A stretch of 64,000 bases of DNA from Spirochaetia bacterium (GTDB lineage Bacteria; Spirochaetota; Spirochaetia; DSM-16054; Sediminispirochaetaceae): positions 128,001 to 192,000 of the forward strand of contig JAXHMY010000009.1 in assembly GCA_034520965.1 (NCBI GenBank). Reading direction: 5' to 3'. Shown piece by piece: positions 11,042-21,025 of the stretch. A program made the position numbers and the translations under genes. The notes beneath the pieces are model-generated. The model was given only the letters and a program-made list of their open reading frames with translations. It was not told the DNA's origin and did not search any database. How positions within the stretch are numbered: position 1 is the first letter of the stretch; every line of letters begins with the position of its first letter.

Positions 11042-12488
11042 ATGAAAAAGATACAGTCCTCCGCTACCCTCAAAAGACTCCTGGTTATTGCCTTTCCTAT
11101 GGTTATCTCGCAGACCTCCGACACGATTATGCTCTTTGTGGACCGGTTTTTCCTCTCTCGGGTGGGGGAGGAATACCTGGCGGCCTCCATGAGCGGCGGT
11201 CTCTCCCAATTTATGCTGGGCTCTTTTTTTATAGGTACTATCGGCTATGTAACGGCGGTAGTGGCCCAGTACTATGGAGCCGGAAGGCATGAAAAATGTG
11301 CCGAAGCGACCTTTCAGGCCATTGTTCTCTCTTTTCTTAGTTATCCCCTTCTTCTGGCGCTTTCTCCGCTCATGCGGATTTTTTTCGCTTCCCTCGGGCA
11401 GACGGATTTACAGGTTGAGCTTGCGTATACCTATTTTCAAACACTTATTTTCGGCGTAATTTTTCTTATACTTCGCCATGCCCTGGCCGGTTTTTTTATC
11501 GGCATAGGAAGAACCACCGTGGTGATGATTGCCAACGCCGTAGGGATGTTTGTGAATATTCCCCTTAACTATGTATTGATCTACGGTAAGCTCGGTTTTC
11601 CCGCCCTCGGCCTTAGGGGTGCAGCTATTGGTACAGTTCTGGGAAATATGACTATCTTTATTATCCTGGCGGCCTTTTACCTTCGGGGCAGAAACCGGAC
11701 TGATTTTTCTACCCACACCGCTCTGTCTTTTCGTCCCAAAATACTCAAGACTCTATTAAAGTTCGGGGTTCCCGCAGGGCTTGGCGATGTTTCTCAACAT
11801 TGCAGCGTTTAACCTCTTTGTACAATCTATGCACTCCTACGGGACCAAGGTTGCGGCGGCGGTCACTATTGCCTTTAACTGGGATGTGGTGGCTTTTTTG
11901 CCGATGCTCGGGATGGGGCACGCCGTTACCGCTCTGGTGGGTCAAAATGTAGGTGCCGGGGATTACCTAGAGGCACGAAAGTCCGCCTTTATCGGCCTTA
12001 AGACCGCCTGGGTCTATTCTTTTTCCATAATGATACTCTTTATTGTAGCTGCCCGCCCCTTGGTGAGCGTGTTTATACCCGGCCTCGGGGGCGGAAGTAC
12101 CGAGGTAAGCAGCATGGCGGTTATCATGCTTCGCCTTGCCTCATTTTACGTGTTGGCGGACTCTGCGCAGATCGTCTTTACCGGTGCCCTGCGTGGTGCC
12201 GGAGATACCCGCTGGGTTATGTTCGTCTCGGTAGCCCTTCACTGGATGTTTGCCTGCGTGGCGCTCGTGCTTATAAGGATTCTCAAGGTAGACCCGGTTA
12301 TTGCATGGCTCGCTTTTATAGGTTTTATCATAGTGATAGGGACCAGCATGTTTCTCCGGTTCCTCGGAGGCAAGTGGAAGGATATTCAAATGATCGACGC
12401 GGAAGCCCCGGAATATCCCTACAGTTTAGGAACGTTTCCAGAAATTATCGCGGAAGAACCGGTAGAGCCTACATTGTCCGAGGACTAA
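11042..12488 (+). CDS. MATE-family efflux transporter, +1 frameshift at ~11781
   Basis: IAFPMVISQ..D.IMLFVD, VAQYYGAG, NIPLNYVLIYGKLGFPALGLRGAAIGT, VGQNVGAG, GALRGAGDT. Confidence 0.88.
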
Positions 12489-12638
12489 CCTGGTTGTATA
12501 TATTGCGATAGAAGTTCTTCGCTGATCTCCCAAAACCATCGCCACCTTTGACTGGGAGTACGCCCGGGAGGGGTTGTAGCTTCGGCTCTATTGTAGGTCC
12601 TCAAAATCAATACTGCCGCTTTCATGCACCATAGCTGT

Positions 12639-13160
12639 TTATTTAACCGGTTTGATTCTTACTGTATGTTTTTGCGGATCGTAGGCGGTAGGTACCAGCT
12701 GTATTTCAGCTCCCTCGTTTTCAGCACCAGTGCAGATCTGCTTTAGTGCCTCAAGCTCACGAAGTGCTGTTTCATGACTGTCTTCACCTAAACGGTACGG
12801 CAGATAATGTGAAAAGTCTTGAGTCAAATTTTCATATAAACCCTGCGCAGCGCTTCGTACTTTTTCTGCGCTGCTTAATCTACCGCTCATAAAAACACTC
12901 ATATCTTTCTCGGCATGTTTCCATATACAGTCATCATCAGCATCTTGAAGGGTTCCATTTTGAAGTCGCGTGGGCCGACCATCTCAAGTGCCTGCGGGTA
13001 CATTGCAAGTACTAAAGGGCCGTCCAGATTAGAAAGATGATTCGGCAAAACCAATAGAGGCCCTTTTTCAGGGATATTTTCAATTCCTTCCACAGTTGTG
13101 CTGGTAAGCAGAGAATAGAATGTGTTCAGAAATACTCGACTAAAGTTTCTTCGTTTCTTG
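12639..13160 (-). pseudogene. PlsC-like acyltransferase remnant with internal deletion
   Basis: VEGIENIPEKGPLLVLPNHLSNLDGP (HxxxxD) is present; the FPEG block is missing; stop at 12899. Confidence 0.6.
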
Positions 13161-13396
13161 AGAAAAGTAACACTACTTTATTAAAATATTGTAAGTATTT
13201 CACTAAAATACTGTTTGAAGTAATGAATGTAATCATTCAAATGTGTGCGATGTTTTGCTTTCAGAGGGACTTTATGTTATTAGCCCATTATATTGCCTTC
13301 CGGTCTACGGTAACTTTACACACCGCTGATAAGAACCGCGGAATCAGTGTTAGGAAATGTATACATGATTTGATTTCCTGTTCATTTGGTATATTA

Positions 13397-13738
13397 TCAT
13401 TCTGCGTGAATCCTGTGAATCATGAATTCCTTCCCGGTGATGATGCGGAAGTTTGCACTTCCGCATCTGGGGCAGAGATTGTCGTTCTCGACGAGGTTAT
13501 AGTTGAAGTTGCACCCTTCGCACTGTCCAATACCCGGTGTGATCTCCAGTTCGAGATTAGTGTCTTCGAGACGGGATTTTTCAACTGCGATGGGATACAC
13601 ATCTTCCAGGTATTTCGGAACTACGCCCGAGAGCTCCCCGACCTGGAGGACAAGTGTATCGATTCTGCGGATGTTGTTTTCATCCATAAAATCCTCCATC
13701 TGTTTGACGATCTGGATGACGATGCCGAGCTCATGCAT
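13397..13738 (-). CDS. hypA: Nickel metallochaperone HypA
   Basis: MHE N-terminus, VGELSGVV, CEGC...CPRC zinc site, TGKEF; 113 aa. Confidence 0.92.
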   Translation of the reverse strand: MHELGIVIQIVKQMEDFMDENNIRRIDTLVLQVGELSGVVPKYLEDVYPIAVEKSRLEDTNLELEITPGIGQCEGCNFNYNLVENDNLCPRCGSANFRIITGKEFMIHRIHAE

Positions 13739-16430
13739 ATTTATTCCCGCTTTTGAAAGTGCCGGTGAGCTTGCGGGCGGTAATGCGCACTTTACGTTTG
13801 AGCGCATGCTTGATAACTTCCTTCTTGAGGTCGGGGAAGTCGACCCCGGTCTCGTTACGGGTTTTTACAAGGCTAATCGCATCGAACTCGCAGCGTGTGG
13901 TACAGGCACCGCAGCCGACACACATGAATTCATCGACGATCGAGACGCCGCAATTCAAACAGCGCTCCGATTCATGTCTGAGCTGTTCCTCAGTGAGTGT
14001 TCCTGCGATCTCATCAAAATCGTTCTTGAAATTTTCCACGGGTCGGGTGTAGACGCGCTCCCTTGAAACGTTGTCGTAGCTTGTAAAATCGACAAGAGTC
14101 TTGTCGAGGGCTTTGTAGTTATTACGTTTGCGTCCGTACACAAGGGACTGACCGCGTTGAACATAGCGATGCAGTGAGATTGCGGCTTCTTTGCCGAGGG
14201 CAATTGCGTCAATGGCGAACTTCGGACCGGTAACCGCATCGCCGCCGGCGAAGATGTCGGGGTCGGTGGACTGAAGCGTAATTTCATCGACCTTGAGGGT
14301 TTTGTTGCGGTTGAGTTCGGCGCTGCTTCCTTTGAGCAGATGGTCCCATTGGATGACCTGGCCGATGGCAACGAGCACCTGGTCGGCGGGAAGGGTGATT
14401 CTGTCGTTCTCATCAAAAGCCGGGGAAAATGCGCCGTCCGCATTGAACACTTGCGTGCAGCGTTTGAATTCAACGGCGGTCACTTTGCCGTCTTGGACGA
14501 TGAAGCGGGCGGGTCCGTACCCGTTCTTAATCTCGACCTTCTCTGCTAACGCTTCGTGGACCTCATCGGCGAGGGCCGGCATTCCCTCTCTGGTTTCAAG
14601 GGTAACCATTGTGGTTTTCTGTGCGCCCTTGCGCACGGCGGTTCTCGCAACGTCAATGGCAACGTTTCCGCCGCCGATAACTATGGTTTCGCCGTTATGG
14701 TCTGCTTCCTTGCCGAGGGCGACATTTTTGAGGTAATCGACACCGGTCTCGACGTTTTTTGCATCTTCTCCTTCGAGTCCGAGTGCCCGGCCGCCCTGGG
14801 CCCCAATGGCAATAAAAACTGCGTTGTAGCCGTCTGCTTTCATTTCCGGGATGGTTATATCCCTGCCAACTTCAACTCCGGTTTTGAATTTCACACCGAG
14901 TTCCTTGAGCACATCGATCTCGGCATTGATGACATCCTTGTTCAATCGGAAGGCCGGAATGCCCAGGTTGAGCATGCCGCCGAGGGTTTTCTCTTTTTCA
15001 AAAACCGTGACGCTGTAGCCCTCTATGGCCAGATAATAGGCACAGGAGAGGCCTGCCGGGCCGGCACCGATAACAGCAATATGCTTGTCGGTGTAGTTAT
15101 GCTTGATCTCTGGTATGTAGCGCTCGTCTTCATTCAAATCTTTCTCGGCCACGAACTTCTTGATATCGTCGATGGCCACGGCTTCATCAAAATCCCCGCG
15201 CGTACATCCGGCCTCACAGAGTGCGGGACAGATACGTCCGCAAACCGCGGGGAAGGGGTTGTCTTTTTTGATGATTTTGAGCGCTTCTTTGTATTTGCCT
15301 TCGCCCGCGAGTTTGATATAGGCGGGTATGGAAATGTGAGACGGACACTCTGTTTTACACGGAGCAGTTCCTGTATCGAGCCCTTCGCTTCTGTTTATCC
15401 GGTAATCGAAATTCCACTTTTCCGTGCCCCATTCCGAGTTGAAGGGGACATCCTTGCGGAATTTGATCTGCGACTCGATGGAACGGCAGAGCCTTTCCCC
15501 GAGCTGAAGAGCTCCGGTGGCGCAGACATCGACACATTCGCCGCAGCCGACACATTTGTCCTTGTCTACCTGGGCTGTATAGTTAGAGCGCACCATATCA
15601 GGGTTGTTGTACATAGTCGCTGAACGAAGTGCATAGCATGAGCAGTAGCAGCAGTTGCAGATAGCGTGAGTGTGTCCCTCGCCCTCGACATTCGGAATCT
15701 GATGCATGAGCCCGTCCTTCTCAGCCCGGGCGATAATTTCGGAGGCCTCTTCCTTTGAGATCTCCCGGCCGCGCCCGGTGCGGATGTAGTATTCCGCCGC
15801 ATCATCGAGCTGGATGCACATATCTTCTTTCAAGTGCCCGCAGCCTTCGCCCATTTCTTCGCGGGAGGTTCGGCATGAACAGTCGGAGACAGAGATAACC
15901 CGGGCCTTGTTCAGGTATCTTGAGATCTCTTCTGACTCGGCAACCCGTGATGTCCCATCGAGGGAGGATTCAATCGGGATGACGCGCATAAGGCCCTTCC
16001 CTACGGGGATGTTTCCAGCGGCAACGGGGTTTCTGAGCCGACCGTAATCATCGAACGCCTTGGCTATCTGGGGATATTTTTTTACATTTTCTCGGTTGTT
16101 GACAACCATCTCGAAAATGCCCGGCACCCAGGTTTCGTGCCAGAACATGTCTACGCCCTCTTTATTGTTCACGGTCGCAACCCCGGCTTCTGCGAGGTCC
16201 CAGAGGATCTTGTGTGTCTTTTCTACGGGTTTATCGGCGCGCTTTGCAACTTCTTCGACGGTCATACGGACGCGGAACTCCAGGGCGAGGGCGACTTCGG
16301 CCATCTCTTCAGTGACCACCTTCTCGAGCAGGAGATAGCGCGGGTCATCGTAGGAGAAACCCTTCTTTGAACCGAATTTTACATTCGATATTTTGTGACA
16401 AAACTTCAATAGCTTTTCGTTTTCAATCAT
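13731..16430 (-). CDS. Multidomain Fe-S/FAD NAD(P)-dependent oxidoreductase: N-terminal HTH-like and Cys-rich domain, ferredoxin, GltD/NfnB-like core, C-terminal ferredoxin
   Basis: CSCR..C..C, ICNCCYCSC, CVGCGECVDVC, APCKTECP, VCGRICPALCEAGCTR, GAGPAG, GGGNVA, GGD, RCLNC, CVGCGACTTRC. Confidence 0.85.
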   Translation of the reverse strand: MIENEKLLKFCHKISNVKFGSKKGFSYDDPRYLLLEKVVTEEMAEVALALEFRVRMTVEEVAKRADKPVEKTHKILWDLAEAGVATVNNKEGVDMFWHETWVPGIFEMVVNNRENVKKYPQIAKAFDDYGRLRNPVAAGNIPVGKGLMRVIPIESSLDGTSRVAESEEISRYLNKARVISVSDCSCRTSREEMGEGCGHLKEDMCIQLDDAAEYYIRTGRGREISKEEASEIIARAEKDGLMHQIPNVEGEGHTHAICNCCYCSCYALRSATMYNNPDMVRSNYTAQVDKDKCVGCGECVDVCATGALQLGERLCRSIESQIKFRKDVPFNSEWGTEKWNFDYRINRSEGLDTGTAPCKTECPSHISIPAYIKLAGEGKYKEALKIIKKDNPFPAVCGRICPALCEAGCTRGDFDEAVAIDDIKKFVAEKDLNEDERYIPEIKHNYTDKHIAVIGAGPAGLSCAYYLAIEGYSVTVFEKEKTLGGMLNLGIPAFRLNKDVINAEIDVLKELGVKFKTGVEVGRDITIPEMKADGYNAVFIAIGAQGGRALGLEGEDAKNVETGVDYLKNVALGKEADHNGETIVIGGGNVAIDVARTAVRKGAQKTTMVTLETREGMPALADEVHEALAEKVEIKNGYGPARFIVQDGKVTAVEFKRCTQVFNADGAFSPAFDENDRITLPADQVLVAIGQVIQWDHLLKGSSAELNRNKTLKVDEITLQSTDPDIFAGGDAVTGPKFAIDAIALGKEAAISLHRYVQRGQSLVYGRKRNNYKALDKTLVDFTSYDNVSRERVYTRPVENFKNDFDEIAGTLTEEQLRHESERCLNCGVSIVDEFMCVGCGACTTRCEFDAISLVKTRNETGVDFPDLKKEVIKHALKRKVRITARKLTGTFKSGNKYA

Positions 16431-17101
16431 TACTGTGTACTCCGTTCCTGTATTTTTTTAAGCAGATAGTCGCACCATGCGTCCATACCGTCTCCGGTTT
16501 TTGCAGAGATGGGGAAAATCTTGATGTCGGGGTTTAGTTTTTTAACGCTTTCTTCCAAAGCCTCAAAATCGAAATCGAAGATGGATAGGGCGTCGGTCTT
16601 GCTGATGATAAGTACGTCGACTGCTGTGAACATCTTCGGGTATTTGAGCGGTTTGTCCGAGCCTTCGGGGACAGAGAGGATCATGCAGTTCAAATTCTGC
16701 CCGAGGTCATAGCTTGCAGGGCAGATAAGGTTACCGATGTTCTCGACAACCACGAAGTCCAGCGCCTGGGATTTTATATCGTCAAGGCCTTGTCGCACCA
16801 TCGCCGCATCGAGATGACACATGCCGCCGTTGTGAATCTGGATGACGTCGACACCGGTCTTCTGGATGGTCTTTGCATCGACATCGCTGTCGATGTCGGC
16901 TTCGATGATGCCGATATCAACGTGCTCCTTGATTCTGCTGAGCGTCGAGACCAGCATAGTTGTTTTTCCGGAACCGGGACTGCTCATAAGGTTCATCATA
17001 AAAGTGTCCGTTTGCTTGAGCAGGTCTCTGTTCTCTCCCGCTTCCTTGTCATTGTTCGCATATACGCTTTTTTTTACTTCTATTATTCTTAGTTCATCCA
17101 T
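16430..17101 (-). CDS. hypB: Nickel-insertion GTPase HypB (short form, no His-rich N-terminus)
   Basis: SSPGSGKTT, GGMCHLD, ENIGNLICPA, EGSDKPLKYP, SKTD, SAKTGDG. Confidence 0.92.
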   Translation of the reverse strand: MDELRIIEVKKSVYANNDKEAGENRDLLKQTDTFMMNLMSSPGSGKTTMLVSTLSRIKEHVDIGIIEADIDSDVDAKTIQKTGVDVIQIHNGGMCHLDAAMVRQGLDDIKSQALDFVVVENIGNLICPASYDLGQNLNCMILSVPEGSDKPLKYPKMFTAVDVLIISKTDALSIFDFDFEALEESVKKLNPDIKIFPISAKTGDGMDAWCDYLLKKIQERSTQ

Positions 17102-17115
17102 AATACATTCTCCTT

Positions 17116-17943
17116 TTAGTTTCCGTATGCCCTCGCAGAGTATTTCATTACATAGTCCTTGTTTCTATACTTCATAAACCAATAGCCTACATAAAAGATG
17201 TGGAGCCCCAGATTCAGCATGCCCCATGCCGTATGTACCTGGGGGTTGAACCAGGCGCTCGAATCCATAACCGGTGTAAAGATGTCATAGGATGAGCGGA
17301 TGAGGATGTGGATTCCCAGTGTGTAGATACGCCCCATCAGCCAAAGGTCTGAACGCTTCTTAATAAGCATCCAAAGCAACGGCACGGTGAGAATACATAT
17401 GCTCGAGGCAAAGTATGAAGGGTTCTCGCCATACACAAACGCCGCATTCCAGACAGTGTAGAGCAGGCACCAGGCGATCGGCAGGTCAGCGATTAGTTCT
17501 CCGAAATGCCTATGGCCGTCATACTTGGCGATTCGCCAATGCGTGCTGGGAAGCGGAATCGTAATGATTAGGATCACTCCGCAGAGGGCGTTGAATGGAT
17601 TGCCCATCTGGAAATCGGTAATGGTAGCTTCCAGAATATTGAGGGCTAACACTCCAAACAGTATCCATAGCGGCCATTGTTTCTTCAATGCCGGATATCG
17701 ATTCTGGTGTCTGCCGTTATTGGCCATCCGGATGTAGGACACAAAACAAAGCGGAATCAAAACGCTCAGGGTCTTCGACCAGCGGAAAAAACCCTCGAGG
17801 TTCAAAAACCATAGTGGAAATGTGAGCAAAGCGAGGATGAAGAACCATTTATAGAAGGATTCCTTCTCACGGGTGTATTCCAGAAATAGAAACAGGAAAA
17901 GCGTATACGTTCCCATCGAAACGATAAAGCTGAGTGCTTCCAC
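17116..17943 (-). CDS. Uncharacterised polytopic membrane protein (DUF5692-like)
   Basis: 275 aa with several TM helices; FRWSKTLSV, LALNILEA...DF, NALCG, YT.WNAAFVY, W.MGRIYTL; AGGAGG RBS before the GTG. Confidence 0.6.
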   Translation of the reverse strand: MEALSFIVSMGTYTLFLFLFLEYTREKESFYKWFFILALLTFPLWFLNLEGFFRWSKTLSVLIPLCFVSYIRMANNGRHQNRYPALKKQWPLWILFGVLALNILEATITDFQMGNPFNALCGVILIITIPLPSTHWRIAKYDGHRHFGELIADLPIAWCLLYTVWNAAFVYGENPSYFASSICILTVPLLWMLIKKRSDLWLMGRIYTLGIHILIRSSYDIFTPVMDSSAWFNPQVHTAWGMLNLGLHIFYVGYWFMKYRNKDYVMKYSARAYGN

Positions 17944-18077
17944 GGTACAACCTCCTAAAGTCGCTAATTTAAAAGTAAAATTAGCTCAAATAGATTTATT
18001 AGATTTATATTTAGCATTATACTCAAAAATAGCCGGAAGGGGTATTGAATTTCGAAGATCTTCACAGCAAGAAAAAC

Positions 18078-18128
18078 AAAAAATAGTCTGTATGTAGACT
18101 TATATAGCAATAAAAGCCTAATTTTATG
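18078..18128. promoter_or_regulatory. Conserved upstream element, copy 1 (candidate regulator site)
   Basis: Core TATAGCAATAAAAGCCTAA (18103-18121) matches 22228-22246 at 18 of 19 positions; flanking TGTAT and ATG sit at the same offsets. Confidence 0.55.
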
Positions 18129-18171
18129 GAGTTTTGTGTAAGCCTGTGATACACTAGGTGTGGTGATGCTT

Positions 18172-19134
18172 ATGAAAACAGAATGCCAGGACATATTCCA
18201 ATCATATAACCTGCCCTTTAAGACCTTTTTCGTCGAGTGCGTCAATCATGAAAAAACCGTGCATCCAGATATCGAACTCATATGGGTGCTCAAGGGAACC
18301 GCCGTGATCGAAACGGAAAAACAGACCTTCAAGCTCCTGCCCGAGACAGTATTCATGGTTTACATGAATGAACCCCATGCCATCTGTGCGGAGAAGGACA
18401 CATTGATTGTCTCATATCGCCTGGATAATGCTTATCTTCATGACCGGGGACTTTTTTTTGAGAAAATACCCTTTAGGCAACGGGTGTTCTCCTTTGAATA
18501 TCTTGCCAAAAAATATAGGCAGGTGCCGCTCCTGCTGTTGCAGCTGCTTAAGTTATTGCTGTCGGAAGAACCGCGTGAGATTATCTATCACAAGATCAAG
18601 GCCTATTACAATTTCTATATCTTCGAGCTCTACGCTATCCTTTCTAAAGAGCGGTTCCTCGATGTAAAGACCATCAATTACGATGTGTATCTCCACCGTA
18701 CGAACATGATCGTCGAATACATTCATGACCATTGCACAGAAAAGGTGACGTTAGAGGATCTCGCCCGCCTCACGGACCTGTCGACATTCCGGGTGTCCCA
18801 TTTTATTAAGGAAGCTCTCGGCGTCTCATTCAAGAATTTTCTGAACAACGTCCGTTTTGAAAGGGCTCTCGAGCTTCTAAACGATTCCTCCGATAGTATC
18901 GTCGAAATCGCAAAAGAGGCCGGCTTCAGCGACTATAAACATTTCAACAGGATTATGAAGGAGCGCTTTGGAAAAACGCCCCTTAAGTTCAAAAAAGAAA
19001 ACACACCTCATGCGAGCAGGAAAGTTCTTCCTATCGAAAATTACAGCTTTATCCTCGAAATCAAGCAATGTCTCAAGAACCTTGAACAGGATTCGAGATT
19101 CCAAGAGCTTTTCAAGTTTGGAAATTTTAACTGA
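18172..19134 (+). CDS. AraC-family transcriptional regulator with N-terminal cupin
   Basis: HPDIELIWVLKG...NEPHAI cupin; VTLEDLA...SHFIK...F..FLN.VR, IVEIAKEAGFSDYKHFNR..KERFGKTP double HTH. Confidence 0.9.
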   Translation: MKTECQDIFQSYNLPFKTFFVECVNHEKTVHPDIELIWVLKGTAVIETEKQTFKLLPETVFMVYMNEPHAICAEKDTLIVSYRLDNAYLHDRGLFFEKIPFRQRVFSFEYLAKKYRQVPLLLLQLLKLLLSEEPREIIYHKIKAYYNFYIFELYAILSKERFLDVKTINYDVYLHRTNMIVEYIHDHCTEKVTLEDLARLTDLSTFRVSHFIKEALGVSFKNFLNNVRFERALELLNDSSDSIVEIAKEAGFSDYKHFNRIMKERFGKTPLKFKKENTPHASRKVLPIENYSFILEIKQCLKNLEQDSRFQELFKFGNFN

Positions 19135-19166
19135 CTTTTTTTATACCTTCCATAAGTTTCAAGGGA

Positions 19167-20262
19167 CTACAAATCGAGCTCTAATGATTGGTACCCGCCA
19201 TAGTAGGCTTCGGCTAACGATTCGTATACATCGAAATTAAGAAAGAACCGGCTAATCTCATTAGTTTTCTCAGCCGGTTTGATATCCGTAAACGCTTCGG
19301 GATACAGCATAGTCCCGAGATAATAGGCGTTCGCAAGGGCGATCTCGATGTTCGTGGAATAATAATTGTAAGGCATCTGCATGAATACATCGCCCTTATT
19401 GAAGGCTTGCAGACTGTCATAGTATTCCGGCATTGCCTGTATATCCCGCATCAAAAGCTCATAGCCGTTTGCATCGATTACAATGATTTCAGGATCCCAC
19501 ATGAGCAGTTGTTCCTTATTGATGAAGACATACTTTCTTGATTCCTGCGAGGGAGACGACATTTTCCGCATTGATATAGTTGAGAAGGTCATAGTCGCCC
19601 GAAGTGCTTCGGATGCCCTGCACCCCGCTTCTTGGCAGACAACCCAGATAGACGGCTTTGGGGTTTTCAATGCTGGAAGTACGTTCGATAAGGTCAGCTT
19701 TTGTATTTTCAATATAGGTAATGACGGCCGCGGCCCTGGCTTTGTTGCCGGTAACTGCTCCGATTATTCTGAGGGACGCATACATTCTTTCATTGAATAC
19801 ACTGCCGTGGGCGGTGTCGCGGGTAATGGTTACCACCGGAATCCCCGTATTGGCCTGAAGGCGTTCGATTGCCCTGCGTTCATAATGATCGCTCACGATG
19901 ATTACATCCGGATCAGCATTCAGGACCCCTTCGGCGTCGAAGGATGCCTGTGGTCCGCCAGGTCCTACATCGGGAAGTCTGTCGAACCTTTCTTCATAAA
20001 GCTGAGCATAGGGCCGTCCGGCGGTGTTTTTGTTTTTTTCAAAAGTCTCGATTCCAACGATTTTATCGGGTTCTCCTATATAGGTATAAAGCCTGAGGGC
20101 GCCCGGCCCTATCGCTATGAAACGGTTGGATTTGGAAGGGACCGAGACTTCACGTTCGTACACATCCAGTACTGTGATGGAAGCTGCGTCTGCGATGGCC
20201 GCACCGCAGCTCCACAGTAAAAAAACGAAGGCGTATGTTGAAAGTAAAAAAAAGTTCTTCAT
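19167..20262 (-). CDS. Class III (iron-siderophore/cobalamin-type) ABC substrate-binding lipoprotein, +1 frameshift at ~19533
   Basis: Lipobox LWSC; DVYEREVSVP, GPGALRLY, EGVLNADPDVI, KEQLLMWDPEII, PYNYY.TN, LYPEAF.D. Confidence 0.8.
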
Positions 20263-20278
20263 AGTGTGATCTCCTGTT

Positions 20279-21025
20279 CTAGTAAATAACATTTTTCATG
20301 CCCTTGTGGTGCAGGATTTCAGCGTGAACACCATACACGGTCTCTATCATATCGCTTGTTATGATATGCTCTTCTCCAAAGCCATACACCCGACTATCTT
20401 TCATGAAGAGATACTTGTTGGAGAAGCGCATGGCGAGATTGACGTCATGCATGCAGACGATAAGGGTTCGATTTTCAGTTTCGGAGAGGTCCTTGATGCA
20501 GTGTGCTATTTCTAGCTGATTTTTCATGTCCAGATTGCTGGTGGGTTCATCCATCAGGATGATCGGGGTCTCCTGGGTGAGCGCCCGGGTAATGAACACT
20601 TTTTGCCTTTCGCCTCCGCTGAGACGGCTAATGGGTGTCAGCGCTTTGTCTGAAAGGCCGAATTTTTCTATGTAGGCTTCAGTTATTCTGAGGTCTTCCT
20701 TTGTGACGTCGTAACGGATGTGGGGTCTTCTTCCAAGAAGAACAGTATCGAATACGGTGGCGTCCGTGAAAGACCCCTCCTGCGAGACATAACTCACCTG
20801 CCTTGCAAGTTCGTCGCTTGAATACTCATGCAGCGGTTTTCCATTCAAGTGAATTGCCGAATTTGTCTTAAGAATTCCGAGCAGACATTTGAGTAAGGTC
20901 GATTTGCCCACCCCGTTCTCTCCGAGTAGTGTGACACAATCGCCCTTTTCCACTTTGAAGGAGATGGCATCGAGCACTGTATTTGAGCCGTATTTGAAAG
21001 TCAGATTATTTACTTCAATGGGCAT
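20279..21025 (-). CDS. FecE/BtuD-type ABC transporter ATPase
   Basis: GENGVGKST, LSGGERQKV, LMDEPTSNLD, MHDVNLA. Confidence 0.9.
   Translation of the reverse strand: MPIEVNNLTFKYGSNTVLDAISFKVEKGDCVTLLGENGVGKSTLLKCLLGILKTNSAIHLNGKPLHEYSSDELARQVSYVSQEGSFTDATVFDTVLLGRRPHIRYDVTKEDLRITEAYIEKFGLSDKALTPISRLSGGERQKVFITRALTQETPIILMDEPTSNLDMKNQLEIAHCIKDLSETENRTLIVCMHDVNLAMRFSNKYLFMKDSRVYGFGEEHIITSDMIETVYGVHAEILHHKGMKNVIY

Noticed and set aside
14556..15623. Long antisense ORF (355 aa) and similar shadow ORFs
   Set aside because: They lie opposite well-supported genes and show no motifs; explained by codon bias.
13731..16430. Calling the oxidoreductase gltD or an [FeFe]-hydrogenase
   Set aside because: No gltB neighbour, extra domains present, and no H-cluster motifs.
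13397..17101. Ordinary [NiFe]-hydrogenase maturation cluster
   Set aside because: No hypCDEF, maturation protease or hydrogenase subunit in the window; action in trans cannot be excluded.
2490..19540. Programmed ribosomal frameshifting or phase variation
   Set aside because: Most shift sites lack slippery heptamers or repeat tracts; sequencing insertion is the simpler explanation.
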